This document shows positions 25,701 through 37,108 of a stretch of DNA of 64,000 nucleotides, in pieces. The stretch's first letter is position 1, and the number at the start of each line of letters is the position of its first letter. Below the pieces are notes generated by a model. That model did not search any database. It worked only from the letters and a program-made list of their open reading frames with translations, and was not told where the DNA came from. The translations under genes were made by a program, and so were the position numbers. Origin of the DNA: Ruditapes philippinarum (Eukaryota); NCBI RefSeq assembly GCF_026571515.1, contig NW_026861885.1:1-64000 (forward strand), in the 5' to 3' direction.

Positions 25701-27038
25701 TGATCATGTTTACTTGCTTGAAATTTTCTCTACTACTTACTGATCGCTGACTTGCTTTGGGTCATCACGTCGCCTCAACTCATATCTATCATAATCCGAC
25801 GGTGTGGCCGAGTAACTGGGCTCGACGGTTCGTCGGTCACGGTGTTCGAACTGACTCTCCATTCGCCGTCGGTTATAGGCTCTCTCACTCTCTTCTGTAT
25901 GCTGTGGAGGATAACCCCTGTCAGTAGGTGTATTTCTTTTGGAGGGTTTATCAATACTTGGGGTCACTGACGCCTACATTAAAAACATCACATTATTAAT
26001 CATAACGATAAAACACTTTATCTAAGTAGGCGAAAAACAAAATAACTAAAATTTGCAATATTTTAATATTACCATTATTAAAGCTATTTATCATAATGCT
26101 CACAACAGCGACAAGTACGAATATCAAAGAGAATATTTGTAATAATTATCTATTTTAGTGGAAAAAAAACTCGCATTTTCTTTTATTAAATAAATACTCA
26201 ACTTTAAAAGATACTTTAATATTAAAAAAACACATCATAATACAAATGATGAATATGTTACTACGATACTATCTGCATAATTATTTGAATACAAAATAAT
26301 TTTATAATAAAATGCGTCAGTTGTCTCGAAAGTCAAACATGTTTATCTGTGGTTCACACAAAAGCACAAGTATTTCAACACATCATACCGGTTTTTTCGT
26401 GAAGTAACCGATCAATTCCTCAAGCTCCTGTCGTGCTGTCGGCATTAAACCATTAGTTCTGGCGTTCCGTAGCTCAGTCCAGTTTCCGCGCTCAGCCATT
26501 GACAACAGCTTTGAGAACGAGTCGGTCTTCGCACCAACTCCTGGACAATAGATGAAAATAAAGACTTAGTTATTACTCACTCAGACACTCATAATTATTG
26601 AAATAAATGGTCTGGGCATTATGCTACATAAAGCATTATTGTCGATGATCATTTGAAAAGCATTTCAGTAAGCCAGCCTGATAGCTCCTGACATAAAAGA
26701 ACCCGAAATCTTTGACTAGATCTAAATACACAGGAAAATGTGATTTGAAGTCGGTAACCTAACCAATACGGTCTTAGAGGCCCCGGCCTGAAAAGAACTT
26801 TCTTTCATCCATCATTCTTATGAAAACCCAAATTCCATCATTCTAATGAAAATGCCAAAAGATTTGATTATACAAAATATTGATAACTTTCTCTACCATT
26901 GTTATATTTGATCATCTCTGTGTGCATGCTCTCCACAGCACGTGTAGCAGCTTTAACGTTTCCACGTGTTAGTTCACTGTGATCTAACTCTTCCATTGCG
27001 TTGAGCACACGCATTACTGAACCTACGCGTTCCTCCAT
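22760..27038 (-). CDS. Gene B: Mieap C-terminal-domain-like protein, about 407 aa, 7 coding exons, opposite strand
   Basis: Minus-strand exons 27038-26897, 26540-26389, 25973-25741, 25072-24880, 24221-24117, 23494-23372, 23035-22760; all GT-AG and phase-consistent (1224 nt). LSQLASERLRNG..DL..FNELYNREWTAAYEEL; MLRDFRK; FIDRCIEVIWMMCTQANPM..FTRSGNAVQNCVWPALFLHKNGPLMEKGVA. Confidence 0.85.
23709..23975 (+). mobile_element. tRNA-derived SINE in an intron of gene B
   Basis: A-box-like GTGGTCGAGTGG and B-box GGTTCGAAACC, body GGTGGTTCTACTCAGGTGCCCGCTCGTGCCTG..CACCTGAGGT..AAAGCTGGAAA..TATGACCT..TGTGTTGGTGCGACG; second copy at 32778-33010. Confidence 0.8.
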
Positions 27039-28384
27039 GATTTATGTGTGCACTGGAAATGAAGACGAAATCTAAAAACTAAAATCATGAATAATTAAAA
27101 ACTTAAATGCACAATTATGATTTAATAAAAGAACTTTTTCTAATCGTTTGCTGACATCACTTCTAACACTTTTACTTCTTTCTGAATCAATGTCTATGTC
27201 TCAGTCTAGTATCAGGTGCCGTCATGGTTTTTGTAAAGTTATTTCATTTTATTTGTTTCCGTTATTGTTAAATTGACTTTCAAACTTTAGCACGGAAACC
27301 TTAAAACTCAATTATCTTTTCATTTACAATATTAACATTTAAGACAATGTTGATTTAGAATACACACATATCTGATTTACTGGGAGTTTCCTGATTGCGT
27401 TTTTTAAATTTTAAATGTTCAATGTACATATTTATATTGTTGTCTACGTCCGTCCAACAAAAAGTGTTTCTGAGGTGAACTCTTTATATTTGTCACTTTT
27501 CAGATGTTGTTGTTTTCCTTTAAAATACAACATATTTACGTAATAAATGTGTACACTCTTTATGCTTTTCGCGATGTTTTTACATTAAAAAACCAGTAAA
27601 TGATTTAGTGTCGGTAATGAAACAGCCACTCTAAAAACAGAAGAAAAAACACACACAAAAACCTACTCGTCTCTCGTTAACAAAAGAGCACACAGTAAAA
27701 GTGTTTCTGTCAACTTCATCATGTATAAAACATTTGAATTTTTATTAACTTACCTGACTGTTTTATGAATAAAATCTAATAATCTTATTTCTAATATCAA
27801 TAACAAAATTTCCCTTTTATATGTTAAATTTTTATTCCCGATTCATAAATTCACATAAAACACTAAAAGAACGATACACTAAAACTATAAAGTCTTAACG
27901 GGTTGACAATAGTACGAACACTTTAAACAGTAATAATTTGATTGCAATATTTGATATAATTGATATATCATTAACATCTACCAATGTTGAATTAACCGCT
28001 GAAATAACAGGTTATTATTATGCGAGGGAAGCATTGTCTGTCGTGGTATAAAATTATCAACACATAGTTACTTCACGTAAATAAATACACTCAAACCATC
28101 CGTCTGTACTGATGGTAACAAAGAGATAGACTAACCTCTTCATGGCTAAAAAAATGATAAAGATTTACATGGAGCGACAAAATACATTTTGAATGATTTG
28201 TAAAACTTAGTAGTAGGTGCATATAAATGTAGTGTATTTGACAATTTTTTTTTCCGGGCCCCAAAAAAAGAGGGTGCCCCATTTGTACTCCCTGTCAAAT
28301 GATCAGTATGAGCCGGGGAACAATCCCATACTAGCCTTACAAAATCACTTATGTATATACATTTACAGCAGTTGTATCATAGTT

Positions 28385-28725
28385 TGGGGACCTTTCTGTT
28401 GAAAAAGTGTTAGAGTTAAATCGTATACATATACATGCACAGTGCGGTAACTGGAGTGCAGGTATCAGTTACCCGCACTCCAGATCATTACCGTTGATTG
28501 GCTCAATTTTGCTGGGGTTTACATATTGTGACGGCAGAGAAAGGGAAAGCGGCAGAAATATCATAATCAGATGCTCGATCATTGGTTACTTTTTCCCGGG
28601 GTTTAAAATTGTGACAACAGGAAACGTGTTTTTATGTTTGACTCTGATACAAAAGAGAAAGAACACCAAAACACTCGGCAATCTGATTTATACTCGGGGG
28701 CTACGCCCCCTCGTACAAATCAGAT
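28385..28725 (+). repeat. Non-autonomous interspersed element R3 with internal and subterminal hairpins
   Basis: About 28385-28590 recurs inverted at about 55936-56140. Internal inverted repeat CTGGAGTGC..GCACTCCAG and GC-rich hairpin GGGGCTACGCCCC near 28697-28710. Confidence 0.65.
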
Positions 28726-29776
28726 AGCCTCGTGTTTCGGTGCTCTTTCTATTACTTATTATTTTACAATAAATCATGATTTCAATAGCATGCATTATAG
28801 TCATACCCTTATTGCTAGCCCTTTTTATTGGGTTAACAACGTTAAAATTGGGATTGGGAGAGTTTGCACCAGTGTTACGACTCATAAAAAAAGGTTGCCA
28901 GGTTTATTGAATGTTTCTATATTATTGTTTTTAACGCAACATTTTGTTTAAGTTCAATACGTGATTTTATTCTGGTTCTAAATTGTTCATTTTTTATCCT
29001 TGATTTGAATTTACCTTAGTATAAATGGTATTTTGCGAGTAAAAGAAAATAGTTCACTAATTTATTATCATTGAAAAGTGTCTAAATATTGAATCATAAC
29101 TCACACATAACTCTTAATAACTTGAATTAAATACTTAATTACTCTAAATTATTCTAAATTAAAGGTTTATTTTTGCCATGTATGCAGTAATTAGACATGT
29201 TATCTTTGGAAATTTGAAAAGGTTAAATTTGTCGTAAATTATTATTGTTATGGGGACATTGTTATGGGGACATTATAGGTGCGTTTAAAACAAGATTTTC
29301 GGTTTTTATCGTCCTTCTAAAATATTTCTCATAAGAAACAAGTTTTGATGATTAAACAATTCCATGGGGGGGGGGGGGGGGCGTGTTAATATTAGCCAAG
29401 GATAAAAAATAAAAATCAGTATAAAACTAACATCATGAGTGTATAAGTGTAGAATATGAATGGAATGGCATAAATTGTCGTGTAGTAATCAACCAAAAAT
29501 TCAAGGGAGACAATTGATTTTGTTCAAATGATAACCTCTCATTCAATACGGATCGAAACATCTGTAAAAGATATGTTATTTCTTCTGTTGTTTAACAAAA
29601 CTATCAGTGACTGTCAAAGCCATCTTCAACAAAATCAATTTAATTTTAAAATTCTATGTTAAACCTAGTCAATACACAGAATAATATTTTTTCACATAAA
29701 AATAGTTTTAATCTGAAATGTAAATAGCTGTTAACTGATGCGTTGCAAGCTTGGTTTCGATAAAAAGACAGAATAT

Positions 29777-29788
29777 GAAAAAGGAAGT
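29777..29788 (+). promoter_or_regulatory. IRF-ETS composite-like motif GAAAAAGGAAGT upstream of gene C
   Basis: Fits GAAANNGGAA; followed by TATATAAAAG and a donor AAG|GTAAGC at 29824/5 (putative non-coding first exon). Confidence 0.4.
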
Positions 29789-29917
29789 ATAATATATAAA
29801 AGTGGCTTTAATATACTCTAAAAGGTAAGCCATTATGTTAGATAATAGTTCCTAACATATGACATGATATAAATGCTGACAAACAGATTTCTTACAAATG
29901 TTTTTTTTTTTTGCAAT

Positions 29918-29944
29918 TCAGTTTCAGTTTTTAAAAGCGAAACT
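29918..29944. promoter_or_regulatory. Back-to-back IRF-element-like sites in the putative first intron of gene C
   Basis: TTCAGTTTCAGTTTT (minus strand AAAACTGAAACTGAA) next to AAAAGCGAAACT, which fits the IRF consensus AAAAGYGAAACY. Confidence 0.35.
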
Positions 29945-30512
29945 AGTTAAACGCCCAGTTTATTTATGATAAATAGGCTTATATATATTTACAAAGCTAA
30001 ATTTTTAAGCGACCTTTGTAGTAATTTAAGTATAATACACTATTTATAACAATTCATAAAGGATTTGGTCTATTGATTTCAAAACTTGCCACTCGGGTAT
30101 AAGTTATATTAAGTAACAGCAGTATTTACGACACGAGTTATTTCAAGCGGATTTTCTTTTTTCAAATGTGCCTTAAGAAGTACTATAAAGTGAAATTTAA
30201 CATGAAAGGCATAAATAAACGACAGATTCAGGACAAAAATGGGGACTGAATGAAAATTCGGATTGAAGACCTCAAGGTCATTATATATATAAGCCGGCCG
30301 ATTATCACTTACCTGCCCGCCGTGTATTTACTACTTAAGAAATAGTACACAACACTGGGGACCTCATATTATTATAGATCGATAGAGACCGATCAGTCAG
30401 CTAGAAAATTTGATAATATATAAACGTCACTGTTCGGTTTCGGCCCGCCCACTGTTTTTGGGCTTACTAGGAGGTCGCTCTGATGCAACGAGGTCTAAGG
30501 TGCTTTGCACTA

Positions 30513-30621
30513 TTTTACCTCATTAATTAATTAGAAAACATATTTCACCCTAATACTATATGTGTTTTTTACCTCATTAATTAATTAGAAAACATATTTC
30601 ACCCTAATACTATATGTGTTT
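30513..30621. repeat. 54-bp direct tandem duplication abutting a splice acceptor
   Basis: TTTTACCTCATTAATTAATTAGAAAACATATTTCACCCTAATACTATATGTGTT twice, then TCAG|G at 30624. Confidence 0.9.
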
Positions 30622-30706
30622 CAGGGTAAAATAAACGCATCATCTCTGGATGCAAATAAACTGATTCTTTTGTGATAAACTTAAACTCATCGACGACCGC
30701 CCAGTC

Positions 30707-33700
30707 ATGTCTGAGAAAGGAAAAGGAAAGTATGGCATTGTTGAAGATGTTCTGAAGAAAGGAAGTAAAAAAGTAACACCAAAGGAGACAGAAGCGGCTC
30801 TGAAAGCGTTTAATGATATGACCCAAGAGCTAGAAAGTTTAAGAACTCTCTCTTCAAACCAGGTTTGTTTATTGATATCATATTTTGAAAATGCGTAATT
30901 CGTCAGAAGCGCATATAGCGCAAGGAACGGGATTCTATTCACTTAAAAAAGTAACATGTAAAAGATAAAGACCAAATTGGTTTCAATTTGTTTGTTATAA
31001 GTGAAATATCAGTAATTGAAACATGATTACAAGGAGTTTACAAGTTGATCCATTTTGAACTCAGCCAAAGTTCTGACTTTTCAAAAGGTTATCGCGATGA
31101 AATCAAGCTATAAATATATTATACTTTACTTTTTTGAACTCCCGATAACACTTTAAAGTTCTTTTAAGCACAGTTTGATTAAGGTAACCCATTTTATAAC
31201 AATGCGTAGAAATTTCGCCGAAATCGACACAATTCTTTCGATATTTTCTTTTTATAACAACAACAAAAACGCTACGCTAAATATGAGAGTATATGGAGCG
31301 AATAGGGAGCAATGTTGAAGGAACGCATCTGTGTCATCACCTAGTCAACTCAAATATTAAGATAAACAGACACTGAAACGAGGCACTTCACAGGAATGAG
31401 CGACAAAAGTGCGTAATGAAAAAATAAAAAGTAGAAATAATGGTCGAAAATAAAATAAAAATGTAATATATTGTTTACATTTCAGGGCGAGGGCAAAAAG
31501 CAAATTGATAAACTAAAGGAAGAGAACCGAAAATTGATGGAAGAATCAGCAAACTTGAGGATGCAAAGAGATGAGTTTCGAAATAGGTTAGTAAAAATTA
31601 ATTGCCTAGAAACAAATCAGAAAATAACATATCTATATAGACTACTAATGTACCCTGTACTGTATAGGCGGTATCATCTTTCAGTCTATTTATACTAAAA
31701 GAATGTTGTATTATACTTTTGAACTTTGAAAAATATACACAATACAGGTAGTGCAATCATTTTATGTTAGTATGTGTCTGGAAGAGAAATCAATAACGTC
31801 TTTGATCATTTGTAAAATCAGATTTGTAAATTAATTGTATTAATTATACAGTTTTTAAACAACACTACCCCCAAACTGAATACTAATATTGCAAGTTCTA
31901 TGTTTTCTGTGTCGATCGCCAATAAGAAAGTAAGGACAAAATGATCGAATGATTTCTTACAGACAGAAAAATCTAATAAGAAGTTAAGATGATATTTGAA
32001 ATTCATTTCCATTTAAGGTTAAGCTCGATTGCCGGTCAGAAAATGACAGAAGGTAATTCTGACATCGCCGATTTAAGCGATCCTTTTCGACCTACCAATT
32101 TGGCTGAACGGTTCGGTCAAATGTACGATGATACATGGACACAAGCGTACGAGACATTACATAACAACGCTGCAACTGACGAATGGAAAATAATCGACTT
32201 TCTGGCCGATATCATCAAGGTCTCAACTTTAAATACACTCTATTTCAATTAAATGTTATATGTAAAATGATGTTTGTTTGACTGTAACTACTACAGTAAC
32301 TTAATTAACCTTTATTGTTTTACATTGTAGGACAAGAAGTTATTTCTAGTCCCAAAGTTATAATATGACTTTTATATGGCTTAACTTAGACTTTTTAATA
32401 CAACCGGAAGTTGTAATTGGTTCAATATATCAGAGCAAAGGAAGAATCTTTATTTGGTTGTCGTGATAATCATTGGTTCAGAGCTCCAAGGACAATATTT
32501 TTTTTTTCATCAAGTTTATATTAGCAAATATGTCAACAGTAAATCAATAGTGTTTTGCTTTTAAGGTCAATAGAATCGTATCACGTCGTTTTCATATATC
32601 TGTGATTGCCGCTTGTAAAATTGATTGCGTCCAATGTTTCTGTCTGTTTGTAACGGTTGTATATAATAACTGTCTACTGACTATATCTTGCATGTCACTA
32701 TGTCTTTGAATAACGATTTTATTAAGATAATGATGTCGCATTTATTTATCTTTTGAGTATGACTTGAAAGTTATAAAGGGGCCTCTTTGGCAGAGTGGTT
32801 AAAGTCGTGACTACTCGCCGCTCTTGGTTTGTATCCCAGGGATCACTTTATTCCAGATTTTTATATTCTTTTATTTAGCTACCTTGCTGAATGTCGGTTC
32901 CCGTTCTTGATTAAAATAATATACGGAGGGGCACCTGAGGTCTTCCTTCACCAGTAAAGCTGGAAATTCGCCGTATGACCTCTGCTGTGTTGGTGCAACG
33001 GAAAACCCAACAAAATAAAAGAAAAAGAAAACCCAGGCGTTTCTTCTGATGACTACTTTATCTTGCAAAGATTATAATGTCAAGTTAATTTGTTTGTTTA
33101 CAGAATGTCGATGATATGTGCTTAAGGACAAGTGCGGATCAGATTAGCAAACTTGGACATTATATAACAGATGATCTTGTTTCTCCGAAATTGCAAACAG
33201 AAAAGGGCACTTTTGTAAGTGTTTCTTTAATATTTCTTTTAGAAACTACTAGTATGAGAGATTTATCTTATCTTTTTTTAAAATAAGAATACAATTGTAC
33301 ACCCCCCTAAAAATTGTTTAAATGAAAATAAAAAAATGCGCTAAATGCTAACCACAGGGGTGTCAATGTGTAAATATTTGCTCAGTCGTCAGTGAAGCTA
33401 TTTATGTTTGGTCATTTATAGTCATTTATTGGAACGGATGCGATATGAAAACAGGATTTTGTGATTTTCTATATTTCTTATTGCATAATTAATTAAATTG
33501 GGTCTGCTTTTTCGTGTATTTTGTTGCATTTATTGCTCCCGAGAAAAATCTTTTCAGACAGTTTCAGAATCAAATTACATAAATAAACTTGATGATTCCA
33601 GGTAGCATCAACCACTTCTATTATGCAAATGGATGAAAAGCAAAAGGAACGAGTGTATAAACTTTTGAAAGAGTTTCGAAAATCGTTTGCAACATATGCG

Positions 33701-34171
33701 CCTCGGCCACTTGTGGAGGTAATCATTACTATTGTTTTATGATGGAAAAAAGTTTTCACCTAAATGATCATGTTTCTTTTAATTACTCTTTAAAATCCAA
33801 TATATATGTTCAATAGATGCCTAGATAGAAAACAAGAAAAAGAAAATAAACCATTAAAAAAAAGTTTTAAATTTTTTCAGATATTTGAAAAGTGCTACAT
33901 GGAGAAGATACAACAAGCCTGGAAAATTTCATCTTATAATGCAGACATTAGAACGTTCGTCTCCAAATGTGTTGAAATTATATGGCTTATGAAAATACAA
34001 AGTCCTCCCATGGAGTTACTATGGCAACAAAGTGGTGATCCTTGTGACAAAGATAGATTCGCGTTTTACACTAAAAAAGGTGAAAAGGTGGAACGATGTG
34101 TTTGGCCAGCAGTCATATTGCATGCTGGTAATGGACCATTAGTATCTAAAGGTGTTATACAAGGCATTTAA
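30707..34171 (+). CDS. Gene C: Mieap C-terminal-domain-like protein, about 325 aa, 6 coding exons
   Basis: Exons 30707-30862, 31486-31586, 32018-32219, 33104-33214, 33602-33718, 33881-34171 (978 nt). RLSSIAGQKMTEGNSDIADLSDPFRPT..MYDDTWTQAYE; LLKEFRKS; CVEIIWLMKIQSPPM..YTKKG..VWPAV..GPLVSKGVIQG. Confidence 0.9.
32778..33010 (+). mobile_element. tRNA-derived SINE, degenerate copy in an intron of gene C
   Basis: GGGGCCTCTTTGGCAGAGTGGTTAAAG head; GGAGGGGCACCTGAGGTCTTCCTTCACCAGTAAAGCTGGAAA..TATGACCTC..GTTGGTGCAACG matches the 23709 copy. Confidence 0.75.
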
Positions 34172-34374
34172 CAACTTCATTGTTACTCTTACTGTATACT
34201 CCCGTAGACAGAAATATACCCCAGTGAAAATGCACATTATATGTACAGTCCTTTATTTCATTGCTTTGATATGTATGTACTTACAATTATCATCTGTCAT
34301 GTATCTTTGACATTATAAATTTATATAAATTACTTGATTTGTCTGTAATTTTTTATTATCTCCGGCCCGACCTT

Positions 34375-34489
34375 AGATAAATAAATAAATAAATAAATAA
34401 ATAAAATGAAAATTGCAATCTAAGTTAACACCATAGTCACTTCTTTCATCATCATCATCATCATCACCACCACCAACACCACCACAACC

Positions 34490-34521
<32 letters not shown>

Positions 34522-34558
34522 CATTATCACCACCACCACCACAAAAACAACAACAACA
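34375..34558. repeat. Compound microsatellite (TAAA)n / (TCA)n / (CCA)n / (CAA)n
   Basis: Read directly from the sequence. Confidence 0.9.
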
Positions 34559-34754
34559 TACAAGCATAACTACGTTGATATTTAGATAACATTAATACAA
34601 TATTGATAACCTATATCCCACTGATTATTACACAATTAATATTATTCATATAAACATTTGTGACATTCAATATTATCCAAGATTTTAGTAAATCTTATAT
34701 CAGTTATATCTAATAAGATTGAAGAATTACATAGAAAGGCTATAGACTTTAGGT

Positions 34755-34861
34755 ATAGGTTAGTGTTTAATAATACATATTTACAAAAATAATTGGTTAA
34801 GCCTGCCGCAGTCAGGCGACCAATTATTTTTGTTAATGTGTATTATTGAACATTAATCTAT
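34755..34861. repeat. Long hairpin with GC-rich apex, probably the end of a non-autonomous DNA element
   Basis: Arms ATAGGTTAGTGTTTAATAATACATATTTACAAAAATAATTGGT / ACCAATTATTTTTGTTAATGTGTATTATTGAACATTAATCTAT around GCCTGCCGCAGTCAGGC. Confidence 0.75.
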
Positions 34862-36950
34862 TTAATGATCATCATTATTTTTTTTCAACCAAAAACAGGG
34901 TTTTACTCTAAATCACCGATAGCTCCGCCCTTTCGCTCTAAAAGATGTCTAAACCTTGTCAAGTTTCTAACATGTCACATTTAGAAAAACTAAATAAATT
35001 GCCTTTTCAACAAATAATCAGGCACATTTTTTACTGAAATGTCACATAATTTATACCTTTATCTACAGTAACACTATCATGTTTCTATAAAATATCTGGA
35101 AAAAAACAGCGAGGAAAAAAATGCAATTAGGTAAAAACAATGGAGTTAATAAAATTTGTAAATCCTCTTAAAATAAATGGAAAATGTGAGACAAATTCGT
35201 TGGTAGCTTCAAATTATTCACTAACATTTAAAATGCCTTTTGATTTGCTCATTTGAAAAACAGTTGACCTTCTTTTCTGTATGTCAATTTAGGTTTACAG
35301 GTGGAGGGGGTCCATTAACAATGAGTTTTCCAGCCAAAAATGTTATCATTGTATTCTTATTAATGCAGTTACTATCGACTTAAAGAAAATAATGTTTTGG
35401 TTACTTTTCTAGAAAATATAAAGTTTAAATCAGTCTGCAATTTATAACAGACATTTTTCTTACGAAAAACTTTTTATGTACATAGCCATTCGGGCCATGG
35501 CAGTTGAAATTGCTAGTAGCCCGAACTAATTTACCATATCCCGAAAATTAATATAAAATCATTAACAGATGAGAATGATCTTTCTTGTGGCAAAAAGGCT
35601 TCAATAGTTAAAAAAAGATGATGCAAAAAATGGAAAAGACAGTATTACAAGTACTTGCTTAAGATCATGATGGAAAAGTGGCAAGGGGAAGTCAAACCCC
35701 TCGATTTTGTAATAAAAAAAGAAATCATTCATTTTAGATGACAAAAAGATGGCAAAAGTTCTAAGAGAAGAGCTATGAACTGTAATCAAATAATTGTGGG
35801 TGTACTTTGAAAAAGAGAGGAATATTAAATAATGTATATCTTTATTTATTGATTTGCTGTGACTTGAAAACCTACTTAATTATAAATTGAGGGGTGCTGT
35901 ACAATTTGGTGATATTGGAAAAAAAACAAGAGTTTTAAATATAGTCATATGAAAAAAAGGTCATGAAAAGATGAAATTAACATGCAAAATATAGTTTTCA
36001 CTATCAATTATGATTATCTGGTGAAATATTGCTGAAAATAGTTGAAAGAACGGTGTTGCGAAAACATGTGACAAACGAACAAAATTTATAGTTTCCTAAC
36101 AGATAATCTCACAACAAACAAAAGGAAATACACCAGTTATAGTTATATTTTTACTAAGGCATATAAACATTTTAACACAATTATTTCTGTTCGTTTTATA
36201 CCATTTTTAATTTCTAAACATTGTACAACAGTCAGACTATGTACTCTGTATTTCACAATAGCCCGAACGTAAATTTACTAGACTCAGGCTAGGGCTTTGC
36301 CTTTTTTCGAAGACTGTTCTTAGTGTTAAAAGGATATAAAAAGTTACTATGTAATCATTTGTCTCTGCGTGCCCCACATGTACTATCTATGGAATAAATT
36401 AATTGATTGTATTCTCACATTTAGAACACCTGGCCTCGCTTAATTTTTTTTACGTTGGCATTGTTTTGCCATCCTTAGATATTTTACAATTCAGAGTGGA
36501 AACCATTACCTCTATCTCCTCCCTAATACAATGCATTATTGAAATTTGTTAGACTGGTTAGACGACAGATTAAGTAAATTTTATTTAGTTAGTACACATT
36601 AACCAAAGTTAGACTTAGCAGAAATTTGAAAAATACTACAATGTGATTGGACAAAAAATAATGTTGATCATTTATGTTTTTTAATTACCCCGATTCAATA
36701 ATATGCACATGTGGACAGTGTGAAATAAATTCTTTAAATGTGTCCTTATTTGTTATGTACATAGAAAACATATTTGTATTTAATTGAATGATACATATTT
36801 TGTGATTATGACTAATTGTATTGTATGTTTACATATTGTTTGCTGAATTGAATTTGAAAATGTGCCAAATACGAACTAAGCTGAAATAGATGAAGTCCGC
36901 GATATAAGAAACGTATCGGAATAGTTTATAGGTAGAGATTTCAATAGATC

Positions 36951-36968
36951 AAAACAGAAAGAGGAAGT
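36951..36968 (+). promoter_or_regulatory. IRF-ETS composite-like motif AAAACAGAAAGAGGAAGT upstream of gene D
   Basis: About 140 nt before the ATG; same pattern and similar spacing as in gene E. Confidence 0.45.
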
Positions 36969-37108
36969 AATTTGGAAAAAAGGAATGCGATCTAGTTTTA
37001 CTTTCTATTTTGGTTCATAATTTTATTTCACTTTTATTTAAATGATAATCGACCAAAATATTAAATGGTATTTATTAATCATAAACTTTATACACAATTC
37101 TAAACAAT

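Noticed and set aside
28407-28727. Similar ORFs MLELNRIHIHAQC.. (28407) and MSELNRIHIHAQC.. (55934) as a gene pair
   Set aside because: The similarity comes from a non-coding interspersed repeat; there is no splice context or recognisable domain.
34373-34567. Gly/Val/Asp-rich ORF
   Set aside because: It is the translation of a compound microsatellite.
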